This document shows positions 25,828 through 39,173 of a DNA stretch of 64,000 bases, piece after piece (the first letter of the stretch is position 1; each line of letters opens with the position of its first letter). The stretch covers positions 310,001 to 374,000 of the forward strand of contig JBLDXI010000019.1 in assembly GCA_047495785.1 (NCBI GenBank). The letters run 5' to 3'. Below the pieces are notes generated by a model. That model was not told the origin of the DNA. It ran no database searches and saw nothing but the letters and a program-made list of their open reading frames with translations. The DNA comes from Lepidodermella squamata. Lineage: Eukaryota > Animalia > Gastrotricha. The translations under genes and the position numbers were made by a program.

Positions 25828-26289
25828 ATGCCAGAGAGTGTTTTTTCGAGAAATTCGGGAAGTTTTGCGAAAATATCCATTGTCCTGCCTGAGGATCTAT
25901 CAAACGTCGAAAGACCAACGCTCCACCTGCCTCATGTGACTCTTGAACAAAAGCTGATTTACTACCTACCAGAGTCAGGAAAGCCAGTAGCAGCTACACT
26001 CTCTCTCCCGGAAATCGAAACCCCAGACTATTTATCGCAGGAATCTCCTGAGTTGGCGAAACTTCAAAAAACCGCATTCATCATGGCTTGTATTTCAATG
26101 GTGTTAGGATGCTGGGTCTTTGCCATTCCAGCTTTATGCCTTGCATGCGATTCAAAGCCTAGTGGTTGGCGATTACAGAGGCGGTATGGCATTGCAATTG
26201 GCTTGTCTATTCTTGCGATTGTAACAAACGTCATCATTATTATTGCCGTGGTGGTCACCTATTTTGTTCCGCCTAAGTTTTATGGTTAA
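25828..26289 (+). CDS. CD225/dispanin-like membrane protein
   Basis: KLQKTAFIMACISMVLGCWVFAIPALCLA...RRYGIAIGLSILAIV. Confidence 0.75.
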   Translation: MPESVFSRNSGSFAKISIVLPEDLSNVERPTLHLPHVTLEQKLIYYLPESGKPVAATLSLPEIETPDYLSQESPELAKLQKTAFIMACISMVLGCWVFAIPALCLACDSKPSGWRLQRRYGIAIGLSILAIVTNVIIIIAVVVTYFVPPKFYG

Positions 26290-26480
26290 TAAAATTATTA
26301 AACTTGAACTCGACCTCAACAAATTAATTAATTAATATTAACGTAGTTACCGAAATACTAACCTGGGCTTATAGAAAAATGATACCTCGAAAAATGGGGG
26401 AAAGTAGGCTACTATTCAAGACTAGGCTGCTTCTATTTGCTTCAAGCGTATCTTCAAGCGTCAGAAAATTTCGTATGTGT

Positions 26481-26520
26481 AATAAACCGCTCACGAATGA
26501 GTAATACCCGGTCGCTGTAA
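26481..26520 (+). promoter_or_regulatory. Conserved upstream motif with an AP-1/bZIP-like core, repeated upstream of array genes
   Basis: CACGAATGAGTAATACCCGGTCGCTGTAA; variants at about 28913, 31683, 32681 (TGAGTCA), 53051 and 54103. Confidence 0.4.
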
Positions 26521-26674
26521 TAGCTGGCATCAACTTTCAGTCAGACGTTAAGGTTGAGAAGTGAGAATGGAGAAAGGGGAGCAAGAAACCAGTTTGTAAC
26601 TAGTAGCACAAGTAGCAATTTGTTAAATAATTATTTTCAAATCACTTTGTTTCCTCCAATTATCTAGGATAATT

Positions 26675-27163
26675 ATGATCACAGCCTGGAATGTAGGCTC
26701 AAATGGCGGATCAAAAATAACTGACCCTCCGCCGACCTACGATGAAGTAGTTCGACATTTGCATAATCTCCCCACGGCTAATTGCTTCGGGCCCGTGAAT
26801 GCAAAGGAGGAGAATATTGTTATTCAAAATTACCCACCAGCGAAGGGGATCAGTGGTGCATTTGTTGGCCCTGAGCTCGCCAATCCGCAGGCTGTGATAA
26901 TCACGGCTCGACGAGTTTCATTCGATGAATCTACCAATCGACTCGCGGAAGCACACGCTTGGATGTTTGGCATTTCGTGGGTGATGGCATAATGTCTAGC
27001 AATTCCCGCTTGGTTTTGCCTTGAACTAGTGTGTGGAAGTTGGAAAGCTAGGAGTAGAAAACGGCGGTGTTTCTACATTTTATCAATAATAACGTCAGCA
27101 ATATCAATCGTTACGGTCCTTTCCGCTTTTTTTGCAATTATAGGATGGGCAGCGAATCTATGA
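26675..27163 (+). pseudogene. CD225/dispanin-like gene with an in-frame premature stop
   Basis: PPTYDEVV...WVMA*CLAIPAWFCL...FYILSIITSAISIV; the frame continues past TAA 26990-26992 to TGA 27161-27163. Confidence 0.8.
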
Positions 27164-29048
27164 ATTTCGCCTGAAACCCAGTTGCAACTTTTTGATTACG
27201 TGTGCTGATGCTTCTACTGGATGGCTCGCTGGTGGCTTGGGACTAATCCTCTTTTCTTGATTTATAATCTGAATCTAAACGAATTTTTGTAATCGGAATA
27301 GATTATTAATGAAGCCTTCGTTTAACGTTTATGTATGGCCAATGGCTATTGAAATAATAAAACTTCGATCAATTATCTCATTACAAACCCGGCACTTTTT
27401 GAAAACTGTTAAATCAGTGTTCCTTGGAATGATGGAGCGAAGCTTTTTGCCACCCTTTTTGGCGGGTTTTAGGTCTTTGAAACGCTCGCTCAATGGGAAA
27501 GAGTAGCAAGTATATATTGAACTATGAATTATTATTCTATGAATTGCAGCGTACATGTTTGACCTCAACGAAGCAGCAAGGAGAAATGGCGCTTGAACCG
27601 GCAAGGAATAGCGCGGAGAAGTACAAGTTCCACAAGCGGATAATTTTTGATGAACCCGCCCATAATTAAACAGAGAAAATGTCTTCAAACATATTACTAT
27701 GCACAAAGCTCACATAATAGGCATAATAAGAAACCCCAGACCGGCACGAAATAAGCTGAACTGCGCTGAAATAAGCTGGCAAATGGTTTCAGTGGATTTC
27801 AGCTTAACTATTTCAGAGAAAATGTATATCAGATAGAAATTTCAGCACTTTCCAGACGAGAAAAATTCATTTCAGCGCCTGGCTTCATGCTATTTAAGCG
27901 TAGGTATTTCCGTCCATTTTTTTCATTTCTCATTTAAAAATCTCGACATTTTTCAAGTCGATAATTTCCTGAAAATTGATCACCATTCACATGATCAGAC
28001 AGGTAGACAACATTTCTGAATCTTTCAATTTAATTTTTGAGTTGCTCTCCGATTCGTTTAGATAATCAGGCACGTTGTCTTGAATATGAAATTGGCTTCG
28101 ATGATGCCGTGAGGCTTTGTTGCCTTCCTCTTCTTGGCTAGCTTTTGGTCTTCAAAACACTCACAGAATGGAAAAAAGGTACAGCGCATCCTGGCTACGT
28201 GCATTTCCTCGATGCCACGCCTGTCGAACTCGCTCTGGATTGGTAATAAAAAATTGATAATTACAGAAGAAAAAATATTTAAAAGAAGCAATTAATCGAG
28301 GTTCAGAATTTATCTTGGGAATTCTCTCACTTCGCTTCATTCTGCGTAATTTGGTTAAGATGATTATTTCTTGTAAATTAATCGAATTTTACACCACCGC
28401 CGCCGGGGCGCTCCTGGCCGACTGGTCGGGGCCCGCCAGGGTGCCCTTTGAGCAGCCGAACGGCTGTGGCCTATTAATATAAATTGAGAGTTAGCCTCAA
28501 ACGCTCTCCGTCACGGTCTAAACTGGAGAAGAAATTTTTACTAGGGATCAAACATGAGAGAGAGTTCCTCAATTTTTTCATTATTAACAGCAACATGCTG
28601 GATCCGATAATTAGGAGTTTGTTTTAAAAGCATCCCTGATAACTTGACCTGAACTTGACCTCGTTCGTTATTTGGAAACACTTTGAAAGCTTAGCAACAA
28701 TGGTGAATCGCGTGCTTGGAAAGATAAATTTATATTTTATATCGCTGAGAATAATTGTCATAATCTTTGTACATTCTATACCAGTATATTCCTTTACATG
28801 CGGACGGTCTCACTTGCCAGAAACAACTCACGTATGGCACGTCAAATGCAGGTTAACGTGAAATTATCTTGAAGAGTAAGAACATTTCGTTAAAAGTGTG
28901 TAATAAATAAATAATAAACCGCTCACAAATGAGTAACACCCGGTCGGTGTAAATTCAGCATTAGCTTCCTATATCTATGAAAGGTTATAAAAGAGCACGA
29001 AAAGCCAGAATTTGTTATTCTCCCATCCTCGCCGATGGTGAATATAAG

Positions 29049-29346
29049 CAGAGTTCTCCACGTGTCGAAAAATTGAGGCCCGACGCCGCCCGTATAAGAA
29101 GAATCACACGAAACTAGTATTTATTCTTCCTTCTCGTTGCTCAAAAACTCCAAAGAGACTTCATTCTTACTCAAAATTGGCATTATTGATGATACAAAAT
29201 CAAAATATTGCTACGGGAATAACCTGAAATCTTACTGTCAAATTTACCGAAAGCTATTGTAGAAATCCTGTAAAAATCCTAGAATACGGGTTTTGAAAAC
29301 CAGACCCGTACCCGCCCAAACCCGGCCCGGCCCGTGGACAACTCTG
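29049..29346. mobile_element. hAT-like MITE
   Basis: TIRs CAGAGTTCTCCACG / CGTGGACAACTCTG with a degenerate 8-bp flank (AATATAAG vs CATATAAT). Absent from the paralogous block at about 32800. Confidence 0.65.
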
Positions 29347-29767
29347 CATATAATTCCACTGAGACATACAGAGTTTAGAGAATCCAATAATAATCTATCT
29401 TCATCTTTGTTCCGTATCTCAAGGGCGTGTACATGATTTAACTCAAGTTTATTAGCATCGATTGGTGTTAGCGGCGTGTGGAACTGTAACGCTTGGACTG
29501 CTTGAACTTTTTCATAAACTCAATGCAACTCAAGCTCTCAAGCAACTCAAGAATATAAACTCAAGCAAATATTCTGGTATTATCTTGTAATCTGTAGTTG
29601 AAAAATCGTGTCGAATTTTACTGAAACACCTGTATCCGGCATCCTAGCAGACGTATTGGCTAATTCCAGCTCAACCCATTTACTCCATTCTCTCTTCCAT
29701 TCATTCATTCAATCATTCGTTTTCTTTTTTCATTCAATCGTCCATTAGTTTATCAGCTTTAAAAAAT

Positions 29768-30322
29768 ATGAGCTACACCAAGCCAGCTTTTCCGACGTTT
29801 GGCCAAGCTAACGTCTGCTACGAACATGAGCTAGTCCAGATAACGGAAGGCAAACAAGGTCCGAGACCTCAGCAAATTGAGCCAACGATTCAAATTCCAA
29901 CTCATCCTCCGTCTGTAGCCGACAAAAGCAGATTTCATGAAATTAGAGAGCAGCGATTTGAGCGCTGTCGTGAAGCAATCACCAACGATGATCGACGAGT
30001 CCAAACAAGGATTGTCAAGTTTGAAGTCGATGATAGCGAGGTGCGATCATCGAAATTCTACCGGCGCTGCAGCATTGCGGTTTCAGTCCTTGCCTGCTTG
30101 ATTGGGCCTATGCTCTGCGGTGGTATGATCCCCCTGGTTTGCGCGCTGACTCCCGAATGCTGCAAGGTGGCTGAGCCGCGCAAGTTTCAACGCGTTGGCT
30201 ACATAATGGGGTCTATTTTAATTGTGATCGGTGTGATTGTCTTTGCTGTTCAGGTAGCATTGGGAGTGGAATTTTGGCCGAGTTATTACAGCGACGACCC
30301 ACTGTACAAAAAGTACCCATAA
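29768..30322 (+). CDS. Divergent CD225/dispanin-like membrane protein
   Basis: RRCSIAVSVLACLIGPMLCGGMIPLVCAL..CC...GYIMGSILIVIGVIVFAVQVALG. Confidence 0.6.
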   Translation: MSYTKPAFPTFGQANVCYEHELVQITEGKQGPRPQQIEPTIQIPTHPPSVADKSRFHEIREQRFERCREAITNDDRRVQTRIVKFEVDDSEVRSSKFYRRCSIAVSVLACLIGPMLCGGMIPLVCALTPECCKVAEPRKFQRVGYIMGSILIVIGVIVFAVQVALGVEFWPSYYSDDPLYKKYP

Positions 30323-31800
30323 ATTGACCTTGACATAATAAGTTGGTTATCCTTTTATAGCAGCCAAGTGATGCATTATGGGTAATCCTTTGTTGCTTTG
30401 TTTTTAGCTTCGAAAAACAGACATATTTGTACATGGCTATGATAATAACAAGTAAAAGAGAAAAGAGAAAGCAGCATCTGTAGAGACATGGTAACTCTAT
30501 TCACTATTTCTCCATGGGCTAACCACTAGTCCCCAGCCTTCGTAGAAACGCTGGAGAAACTTACATTTCCCTGTACATTTCCCGCACGAAATCATCAGAA
30601 ATCGCGATGAAGGTCATAAGCAGCTAACAATAAACGCCAATATCGGCTACAACTCAAATAACCGCATAGATTAACACTTTATGGATAATGGATAATGCAG
30701 GTAATAGTCGCTTGTGCACACATGAAACAAACCATCGACAATCGACACCTTTGCAGTAACATCAGCATACTTTACATGCTAAGAGAATAGGAAAAGGAGA
30801 GCATTTGATACATCATAAGGACATATAAGGACAGAATAGGGACATATAGCAGTACAACATAAAACCATTGGTTATACAATTTTGAATGCGCAGGACTTTT
30901 GTCGCACACCTTTTCTTGTTATTTGGAAACACTTTGAAAGCTTAGCAGCAATGGTGAATCCCGCGTGCTTGAAAAATGAATTTAGAATTTATATCACTGA
31001 GAATAATTGTCATAACCTTTGTACTTTCTACGCAAGTGTCATTTCGCTCCTCAGAGCAGAGTGAGTTTCTGTGCATGTGGGTAGTTTGGCCGCATAACTA
31101 TTTGCTTCGAGGAGGAAAAACCTGCCGAACCCTAGTCAATCCTGCGCCACGATCAACAATAATAGATTTTAGAGAAAAATTATATTCGTGAAAAGCTGCC
31201 AAAGAACCCCATAATTTTGATTCAGAGCGATAGAACGCTCTTAGATCTAAATTTTCCTGTAAGAATTGATATGTCGTGATTTCGTGGAATTTTTTGAAAA
31301 AAATGAAGAAACAATAGCCAGACGAATTCTATGAAACCAGATGAATCTGTGTTAACTATCGTGATTGAAACTTTCAGTCAAATTAGAAACTGATATCAGG
31401 AGTCCTTAGCTTAGCATACAGGTGCGAATTTTCCGACCAGTCCTTGTATTTTCGAAATTCGATTGTTTTGCTTGGCTGATGAAGTATTTGTGGCCGTGAA
31501 AGGGTTTTAATGTTCCGCGTTTTTTCAATCTTTTTTCAATTGTTTGAATCGCTGCGCCAACCAATTTGTTACTTTTCATGCGAACGGTCTCACTTGTCAG
31601 AAACAACCCACGCATGGCACGTCAAAGGCAGTTGAGCATTATTTTCATCTTAATGCGTTAGCAATTTTCGTTAAGATTAAACACTCACGAATGATTAATA
31701 CCCGGTCGCTGTAGCATCCGGAATTTTATTGTATGAAATACACGATTAATTTCCGTTTTTAATCAGAATTTCGGCGTGTCATATAAACGTTCTAGCCGAC

Positions 31801-31900
31801 TGTAACAAATGTCATCATTATTATTGCCGTGGTGGTCACCTATTTTGTTCCGCCGAAGTTTAATGGTTAATAAAAATATTACAACTGAACTCGACCTCAT
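31801..31900 (+). pseudogene. 3' fragment of a duplicate of the 25828-26289 gene
   Basis: Near-identical to 26220-26318 (VTNVIIIIAVVVTYFVPPKF..* plus 3' UTR). Confidence 0.8.
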
Positions 31901-33216
31901 TATAACTCTGGTATAAACTTAAAAAATTGATACACGTAAGGATTCATGATGTGGGCCATAGGCTTTTTGTCATCCTCTTGTTGGCAGATTTGTTGGCATT
32001 TGGATCCACATTTGGAATTCCCTGAGTAAAACGGTCGCGAACAGAAACAACGAGAAATTCAAATTTCGCACCGTTTCTTCCTTCTACATCTTCAGCTGAA
32101 TCCATTCCTATAAGTGACACCAGCTTTTCCGAATCGTTGGGAAACACCAGACCCAGAAAGAAAGCTGCGTGCTCAATGTGAAATTCGTCAGCATTTCATC
32201 AAGTTGAGAATAACATTAAGGTTTGCTTCTCCTAAAAATCGCACGGGGGATTTTGTTACCACTTTTTCGCCTCGGCTGTCAACCATCGAGCTCTTATTAG
32301 GTAAATTTACCGCACTCTAGACCCTAGACCTCTCGATTGCTGGAAATCGCAGCACTAAATTCCTTCTAGAGATTTTCGCCACAATTTTTCCTTCTCAATC
32401 TTTGCTGACTTATTGGTCTCTCACGACAACGGAAGCAAGGAATAACATTGTGACGCGAAAACCAGTCAGTATTTGGGCTGTAAATGTTAATGTAAATGTT
32501 AAATCTCAGTAAGAGCAGTATAATGCGCTTAGTTGAGCAAAAAATGGCGCGGGCTGATTTTTTGGAATAAAGTTCCATACACCATACAGATGAGTAACTT
32601 GTTACAAACGTCGTATGGCACGTCAAATGCAATAACGTGAAATGAAATCTTGAAGCGTGACCAAATTTCCTTAAAAGTGTAATAAACCGCTCACAAATGA
32701 GTCACACCCGGTCGCTGTAATATTCAACTTCCTATATCTATGAAAGGTTATAAAAAGAGCACAAAAAGCCAGAATGTCTTATTTTTCCATCCTCCCCGAT
32801 GGTGAATAAGACATATTACACTAAGACATACAGAGTTTAGCAAAACCAATAACAATATATCCCAATCTGTGTTCCGCATCTCATGGACGTGTACAATATG
32901 AAATCGATCGATGCAAGCGCGCGTGGTACTGTAACGCTTGAACCTTGGTCTAATTGAACTTTTCATAAACTCAAGGTTAGAAAGTTTTCTGCTGGTATCT
33001 TACTATCTGTGGTTGGAAACTCGTCTCAAATCTTTCATTACCACATGTATAATAATAACAGTAGAAACAAATAGACCTTATATCTTATAATTCTTTCTCA
33101 AATCTTTGTGTTGAAGTACAAGCAGTTGGGAACTAATTTGGGAAGTGTTTCTGTGTAACATTAGTTAACATTTCAAATATTTTCAAATCACATGTTTCCT
33201 CAAACCATGTAGGAAA

Positions 33217-33359
33217 ATGCATACAGCCTTAAATAGAAGCTCAAATGGAGAATCAAACATAACTGACCACCCGCCGATCTATTTTCAAGCAGTTCCACGT
33301 GTGCATAATTTTTCAACTGCTAATGGATTTAGGCCCGTTTATCCAAGGACGGTGGATAT
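33217..33359 (+). pseudogene. 5' part of a CD225/dispanin-like gene split by the 18.7-kb transposon
   Basis: MHTALNRSSNGESNITDHPPIYFQAV...YPRTVD(at|t)IAMQRY rejoins in frame with 52091-52655 once the element and one ATAT are removed. Confidence 0.9.
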
Positions 33360-33590
33360 CGTCGGCGCCGTGCAGTAATGTAGCTTAACCATGATATACG
33401 CACATTGGAAAATAAATTTTCTTATTTTGACGAATTTTGCCTCGAAACCGGTGTCATACTGACCGCCTTGATGCGATGAGCAAGAATATATATAATTCGA
33501 AGCACTTCGAGCGTTCAGTGCCACGTTAAAGCTGTTTGAGCGGTTTTTCAGTCGGCGTACTATTATTATTATTAGTGTGCGCATATGTAT
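33360..33590 (+). repeat. Left terminal inverted repeat
   Basis: Reverse complement of about 51855-52086; first mismatch at 33429. Confidence 0.95.
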
Positions 33591-34001
33591 GTTGTTGTGC
33601 ATGATGCGCTTATTAAAGCATGGGCGGGCAGGCGACATAACTTTTATGGAAATTCGTTGTTATTTTGCGTTGCATTGTGCGTAACAGGTAGCTCCGATAA
33701 CTACAAATTTATTGAGACTTGACGTAAAATACGAGAAGAATAATAAAATTCCCCTGAAAATGTTGTTCTCAAGTGCCTGCTATCTAAGATTTTCTTCACC
33801 GTTTATCATCGTTGACCAGAAGCCGCTCAAAGACACAACAACAACAACGCATTTAATGAATGCATGTTTTCATTAAAACACAACAAATAATTTATTTCAA
33901 TTTCTGCACAATAATAATAATAATAATATAATTGAAACCATTAAAACAAGAGGTAAAACTATATATTATATATAATACGAGGATAACACCAATACCAAAA
34001 T

Positions 34002-36615
34002 TCAAAGCCTGTCGACAAGCTCTTCTTCGTCTGCCATATCCACGTCATCGGCTGTCCATTCGTTGTCTTTATATTTTTCTCGAATCAGGGCTAGCCGATT
34101 TTCATATGCCCGGCGTTTCTCCTCTGAAGAAATGTCACATGGTAGAGCCTTGAAGTAATCAAGCATTCGCGGTGGAATAACACCATCCGCAATCCAAGAC
34201 AGCAAATCCATCTTTTTATCAAACGTGAGGTTTCGCGGCCCAGTGTACACTTTTTCAGGTTCAGCTGTCATGATAAAATAACAAATAAAATAACGAGCAG
34301 AGAAGGCAAGTTATTATTATCTACCTACCGTTATCATAACCAAATGGACCTTTATTCTTCACAGGAGTGAGGTGTACATCAAAACGTATCTTTTCGTCCT
34401 CATCCTTGTCTGTCAGCATTCGCTGGTCTGGAGTTAGCGGGCCTGTGCCATCTGTAGCTATATCGACATAGCTTTTTCTGGCCCACAGTTCATGCTCTCC
34501 GATTTTAATCTTGAACCGATAAAATTGATATTCGGTAATGCGAAATTTGCTGCTGTTTTGTAGAGTTGTCCAATAATTGGGCTTTCGGCGAAAATCAGAG
34601 AAGAAACTCCAGTCAAGTTCCACGACTTGAAATTTCTCCTTTTCATTTCCTTGTCGAGCACTTTTGATAATTTCGCGCCACTCAGCAGGGTCGGTAACGG
34701 AGCCAAATCTTCTCTGGGACTTTTCTATGCAGCTATGCATTGCGTCGACTGTCATTGTAGTGTGTCCTGAAACGCCATAAATAGTTCAAAATTGTCGGTA
34801 GTTTCCCATCGACTAAAAACATACCAGGAACTAGAAAGAGCCAATCAACAAAGCGTAGCCTTTCCTTGCCTTGTTGAACACGCTCGAAGTTGACTTTTCT
34901 GAGCGTATGATAAATTGCGTTGGGAATGAAGCTAAACAATAAAAATCTGATTAATGATACAAAAAAATCTTCATCAATAATTAAACTAACCGATTCTTTC
35001 CAGCTCCAACTGTCGAATCGGAGACAATTGTCAATTCCACAATATCGTCAGCGAGATGCTTCTTAATATAATCGTGCAGAATAGACCCAATTTCAGCGGC
35101 ACCCAGAGATCCTGAAAAGATAAAAGTTGGCCAGTTTCAAGACAAAAAGAATTATTTTTTCCAACAAATTTCTACCATTAAATTCTTCAAACAAGTAATT
35201 GAATGTGGTCCGCTCAGTGAGGTCAAAAATCGTAAAATTGGTTGTTATCAGCTTCCGCTTGTAGGGAAAAGCGCAGCAAGGAGTGCGCAATTTTGACTGA
35301 GCATCAACCTTGAATGAAACGATGTTCATAAATCAAGAATTGTCAAATTAAAGCATCACCTCAATTATTGCGCTTTTCCGTCCAGCAAAACCTGGCTGCC
35401 TTGATGCTTCCGCTCTTTCACGCCGCAAACGCCGAAATTCTCGGCTTGCGTCCTTTTCATTGAGATGCTGCTGGTGCTTGGCACGATTACGATTTTTTTG
35501 CGCATCCGTCATGTTATTCCACCGTGCGCATACCTAAGAAAATGAAATATAAAATCGAGAAAGCAGAAATTTGTGCAAAATCTTTTCATTACTTTGCACT
35601 TGTCATTTCTGGGTTGTTGGAACGAGACAGATCTGTATATTATAATAATGCAAATGATGCTTTCAGAAAACGGCGGCAAGTTGCATATATTATGCACTCA
35701 CCTGAAATGGGTACGGAATAGCGTTCGGAATGACTCAAAATTGCATCGGCGAACGCCAAGCTGAGGTGCAGACCGTATGTTAGCCACCCAGTCGCTGTAG
35801 AGACTTCCAATTGTAATGCTTGTTGATACGTAAAATCTCTTTGAAATTTTTCTTCGATAATGGCTTAGTTTTCTGTATTATATTTATGAAAAAAATAACC
35901 AATCATTTACATTTTCATAATAGAACTTGCCAGAAACTTACGCTTTTAAGCGCGGTTTCACAAAATTGATAACAGAATTTCTCGTCAACTCGTTCAAGGT
36001 ATTTCTGCCCCCTTCTTTCTTCGCACGCCGAAAGTCCGGATAAACAGTCAACTGGTCGGGACTAAGCTTGTTCTCCAAAGTGTAAGACACAAAGCGATTC
36101 GTAACATCCAAGGCAGACTCGAAAAACCTGCGACAAACAGTAATCCGCTGAATTTTTGCCGCTTTCCCTCGGAATTTCTCCGTAGCATAAATTGCAGGTA
36201 GTGTGTAGGTAATTCTACTTCGAAACTTGACAAAATCCTTTGAGACAAATCTCCCAACAAACTGACGTTGGTCAAAGATGGACCCAGTCGACCTAAACTG
36301 TTGACTCAGTTCTGCTATTTTCACGTCCGTGTATTTTTCCCAACATCGCTTTTCTTTGCAGCAGTTCAACAGCCGCTTGCCCTCGCGTTTCCGAACGACA
36401 GATAACTTTCGTTTCTTTCGCAGCTCGCCAGTATCTCGGTCTTTAGCAACAATTTCCCTCCTCACGTATGATTCTCCAGAATTTCTCATTCGCTTCTCCT
36501 CATCGACCCAAGCTGTTTTTACTCGCCGAATCGGTTTCTTTAATTTATCATTGGGAAACACGGGGATTTCCAAATCAGCGACCTTAGTCGCAGCCGATGT
36601 TGATGGAAGGCTCAT
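34002..36615 (-). CDS. Sola1-type DDD transposase (multi-exon)
   Basis: Spliced motifs: VCRRFFESALDV; LSHYRRK..FYV...SLYSDW; SFQQPRNDKC; VDAQSKLRTP..YKRKL..NFTIFDL..NYLFEE; EIGSILHDY; TIVSDSTVGAGKNR; FLVPGHTTMTVDAMHSCIEK..PAEWREIIKSAR; KKMDLL..IP..YFKALP. All three candidate catalytic Asp residues are present. Confidence 0.85.
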
Positions 36616-36745
36616 AATAATCAGTTAAATCGCCAATATTTTAAGGTTTTTGCTACAGCATTTGAAATAACCAAGATGTATCATTAAATGAATCGAATGA
36701 TCAAGAAATATTATGCAGATATGAGCAGAATAATTTAAAAAAATT

Positions 36746-37096
36746 CTACAAGCTATCTTCAGGTAGCTCGATTGTGTCAATTATACGCCCGTCAAGTCGG
36801 TATATGTGCAGCCGTTCCAAACCTCGCCGACTTCGGCTAATTACATTTTGGAGCCAGCGTATCACCTTCTGGAACTTGAATCCCAGAATAGCGACACCAA
36901 CAATGGCGATGACCGATAGGACAACTGAAACTATAATCAAAACGTCAGTTTTCGGCGTATCGCTAGCGTGCGTGGTGGAAGTAGTAATGGAGGTGCCTGT
37001 CGTAGAAGTCGTGTCGCAGAATACACAACTGCTGGCACTTAATTCAAGGCGGCATTTTATTACAGCATCCTCGCTAAACGGGACACAATCGGCCAT
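36746..37096 (-). CDS. Small single-pass membrane protein (Cys motif, Thr stalk, TM, basic tail); cargo family member 1
   Basis: 116 aa; C-x10-CRL-x6-CxxC, Thr-rich stalk, ~23-aa TM, RSRR, YRL. Confidence 0.7.
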   Translation of the reverse strand: MADCVPFSEDAVIKCRLELSASSCVFCDTTSTTGTSITTSTTHASDTPKTDVLIIVSVVLSVIAIVGVAILGFKFQKVIRWLQNVISRSRRGLERLHIYRLDGRIIDTIELPEDSL

Positions 37097-37295
37097 AATA
37101 ATAATTTTTTAATTTCTAAAAGGAAACAGGCAGGAATTTTATCGATAGATCATTTAATACCGAATGAAATAATAAAATTAACATTATATACTGCGGCAAA
37201 TAACATGGCAAGTAATATGGCAAGATTATAATATTATGGCAATACTTTATTATATGGCAAGATACAAGATACAAAGTAATAAACTAAGAATAATA

Positions 37296-37634
37296 TTATG
37301 CCGTAACTTCGGCATTCCCCTCGGCATTCCCCTCGGCCTCTTCGTTAGAGGCGAACAAGCAAAGCGGAAGGCTTTGCTCAAGCCGAGAATAACGCCTTCG
37401 ACGGCGAATATATACGACAGAAATGATAACAACGATAACAATGATAACAATGATAATGATCCCCGCTGAGATCAGACCAATTTCCAGCTTAGACAATCCC
37501 GTCTCAGCTGGAGAAGGCGGCAAGGGGTTTGAGGTTGTAACCGAGCTCGTTGTTGATGGCGGACATATGTTGCAGTCGACATGCAACAATCGACATCGCT
37601 CATAGGCTTCAGCGGACGGTGGAATGCAAGTCAT
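37296..37634 (-). CDS. Small single-pass membrane protein; cargo family member 2
   Basis: 112 aa; C-x10-CRL..CxxC, Ser/Thr/Pro stalk, Ile/Val TM, RRRRRYSRL, LCLFASNE. Confidence 0.75.
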   Translation of the reverse strand: MTCIPPSAEAYERCRLLHVDCNICPPSTTSSVTTSNPLPPSPAETGLSKLEIGLISAGIIIIVIIVIVVIISVVYIRRRRRYSRLEQSLPLCLFASNEEAEGNAEGNAEVTA

Positions 37635-38557
37635 TTAATAAAAATTGAACACTAAAATTTAATAAATGCAATTATTTAACACAAATTTGATTCGATTCGA
37701 TAAATTTAAATATGCAAGCAATTTCAATTTTTCGTAAATCACGATCACTCAGTCCATTCGATTTTCTAGTCCCTCGCATTCTCCAAGTGCACACTTTTCG
37801 GCCCTTACATTTTTCTATAGAAGCTATTTTTCTATAAATTCTTAAGCTCCAAATTGAGCTGGGTTCCGTCCGCTATTTCAATCTTTGAGAAGTGTATGCG
37901 TATTCACGGCCGTTGTTCTCGCATGTTATAAATCAACTGCGCGAACTTATTCCATTTTCAAAAATGCGGAAACAATTCTACCATCAAAATTGCATACAAA
38001 AGCATATCCAGACCTGTGATGCTTGTCACATGGAATCGATTTTTCGTTTAGAGAATCGAAACCTTGGCAAACTCCTGGCAAGCTGAACTACTGAACTTCT
38101 CGTAGCCGGACGAAAAGGACGAAGCTGACGCGTAATATGCAGACGCGTTTTGGACGAAGCTACTGACTGGACTACTAAAAATTCCGAAGTCCGGCCGAAG
38201 TCAGGACTTGGAATAGTCTGGCCTGGTTCTCCACATGACAGTTGTCATGAAACGCGACAGTTGTCGAAGCAGTTGAGGAATTCAAGCGGGGCTTTATAAG
38301 CGCAAAGAAAAGACGTTTTCTCCACATCAGCCGCTAATGTTTTCGCGCATCACTGGCCCCGGTGAAGAAATCTGAAAATTGGGCACAAATCCTGTAGTAT
38401 ATCGGATTGCGGAAATGTCTCCGATTGGCCATGGAAATTCCGTTTATCTAACACATCGAGTACATCTGAGTTTCTGAATTCGATTATACCGACTAATTTT
38501 TTTTTCTTTTCCAACACAATGAGGAAGACTAAATCAGACTAATACTGATACAAAAAC

Positions 38558-38790
38558 CAAGCTCGCCTTTTACGGCATGTGTGACTATCAGTCAGACTTG
38601 AACAGGAACTCTCTTCTTGATTCGATGAAGCGTGGTGATTGAACCCAAGCTCGCATTTTACGCTCTCTGTGACTATCAATTTGACTAGAACAGGAACTCC
38701 CTTCTTGATTCGATGAAGCGCGGTGATTGCACCCAAGCTCGCATTTTACGCTCTGTGCGATTTTCAATTTGACTAGTAGAACAGGAACTC
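38558..38790. repeat. Tandem repeat, ~88-bp unit, about 2.7 copies
   Basis: CAAGCTCGC recurs at about 38558, 38646 and 38734 with conserved GAACAGGAACTC..TTCTTGATTCGATGAAGCG. Confidence 0.85.
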
Positions 38791-38899
38791 CCAGGAGTTG
38801 AACATGACTTGAACATGAACTTCGTGATTTCATGCTCATGATTTCGATAAAAACGAGAGAGAGAGAGAGATTTCATCTCTGTTGACTCAGGTAACCAAA

Positions 38900-39173
38900 G
38901 TTTACAATTGCAGGGGAAGTAGCAGTGGAAGTTGAAACGACAAAAACGACCAATAGATTTTTCGTCAGTTTTCGGCGTATCGGCAGCGGGTGTGGTGGGT
39001 GTTGTGGTAGAAACCAGGCTAGAAGTCAGGCTAGGCGAGGTTACTGCGCCGGACGTGGTGGAAACACCAGGCTCTGTGATGGGAGTCGCCCCATTGCAGA
39101 AATTATCACAGTTGTCTCACAATTCAAGGCGGCATTTTACCAGGTCGTCAAAACTAAATGACACGCAAGGCAT
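38900..39173 (-). pseudogene. Disrupted cargo family member 3 (paralog of 36746-37096)
   Basis: MPCVSFSFDDLVKCRLEL*DNCDNFC...TTPTTPAADTPKTD; in-frame TGA and loss of frame before the TM segment. Confidence 0.7.

Noticed and set aside
33339-33638. ORFs 33339-33638(-) and 51922-52125(+) with near-identical peptides
   Set aside because: They are translations of the two TIRs, not genes.
38558-38790. CRISPR-like repeat array
   Set aside because: Whole units are repeated with no unique spacers, the context is eukaryotic and there are no cas genes.
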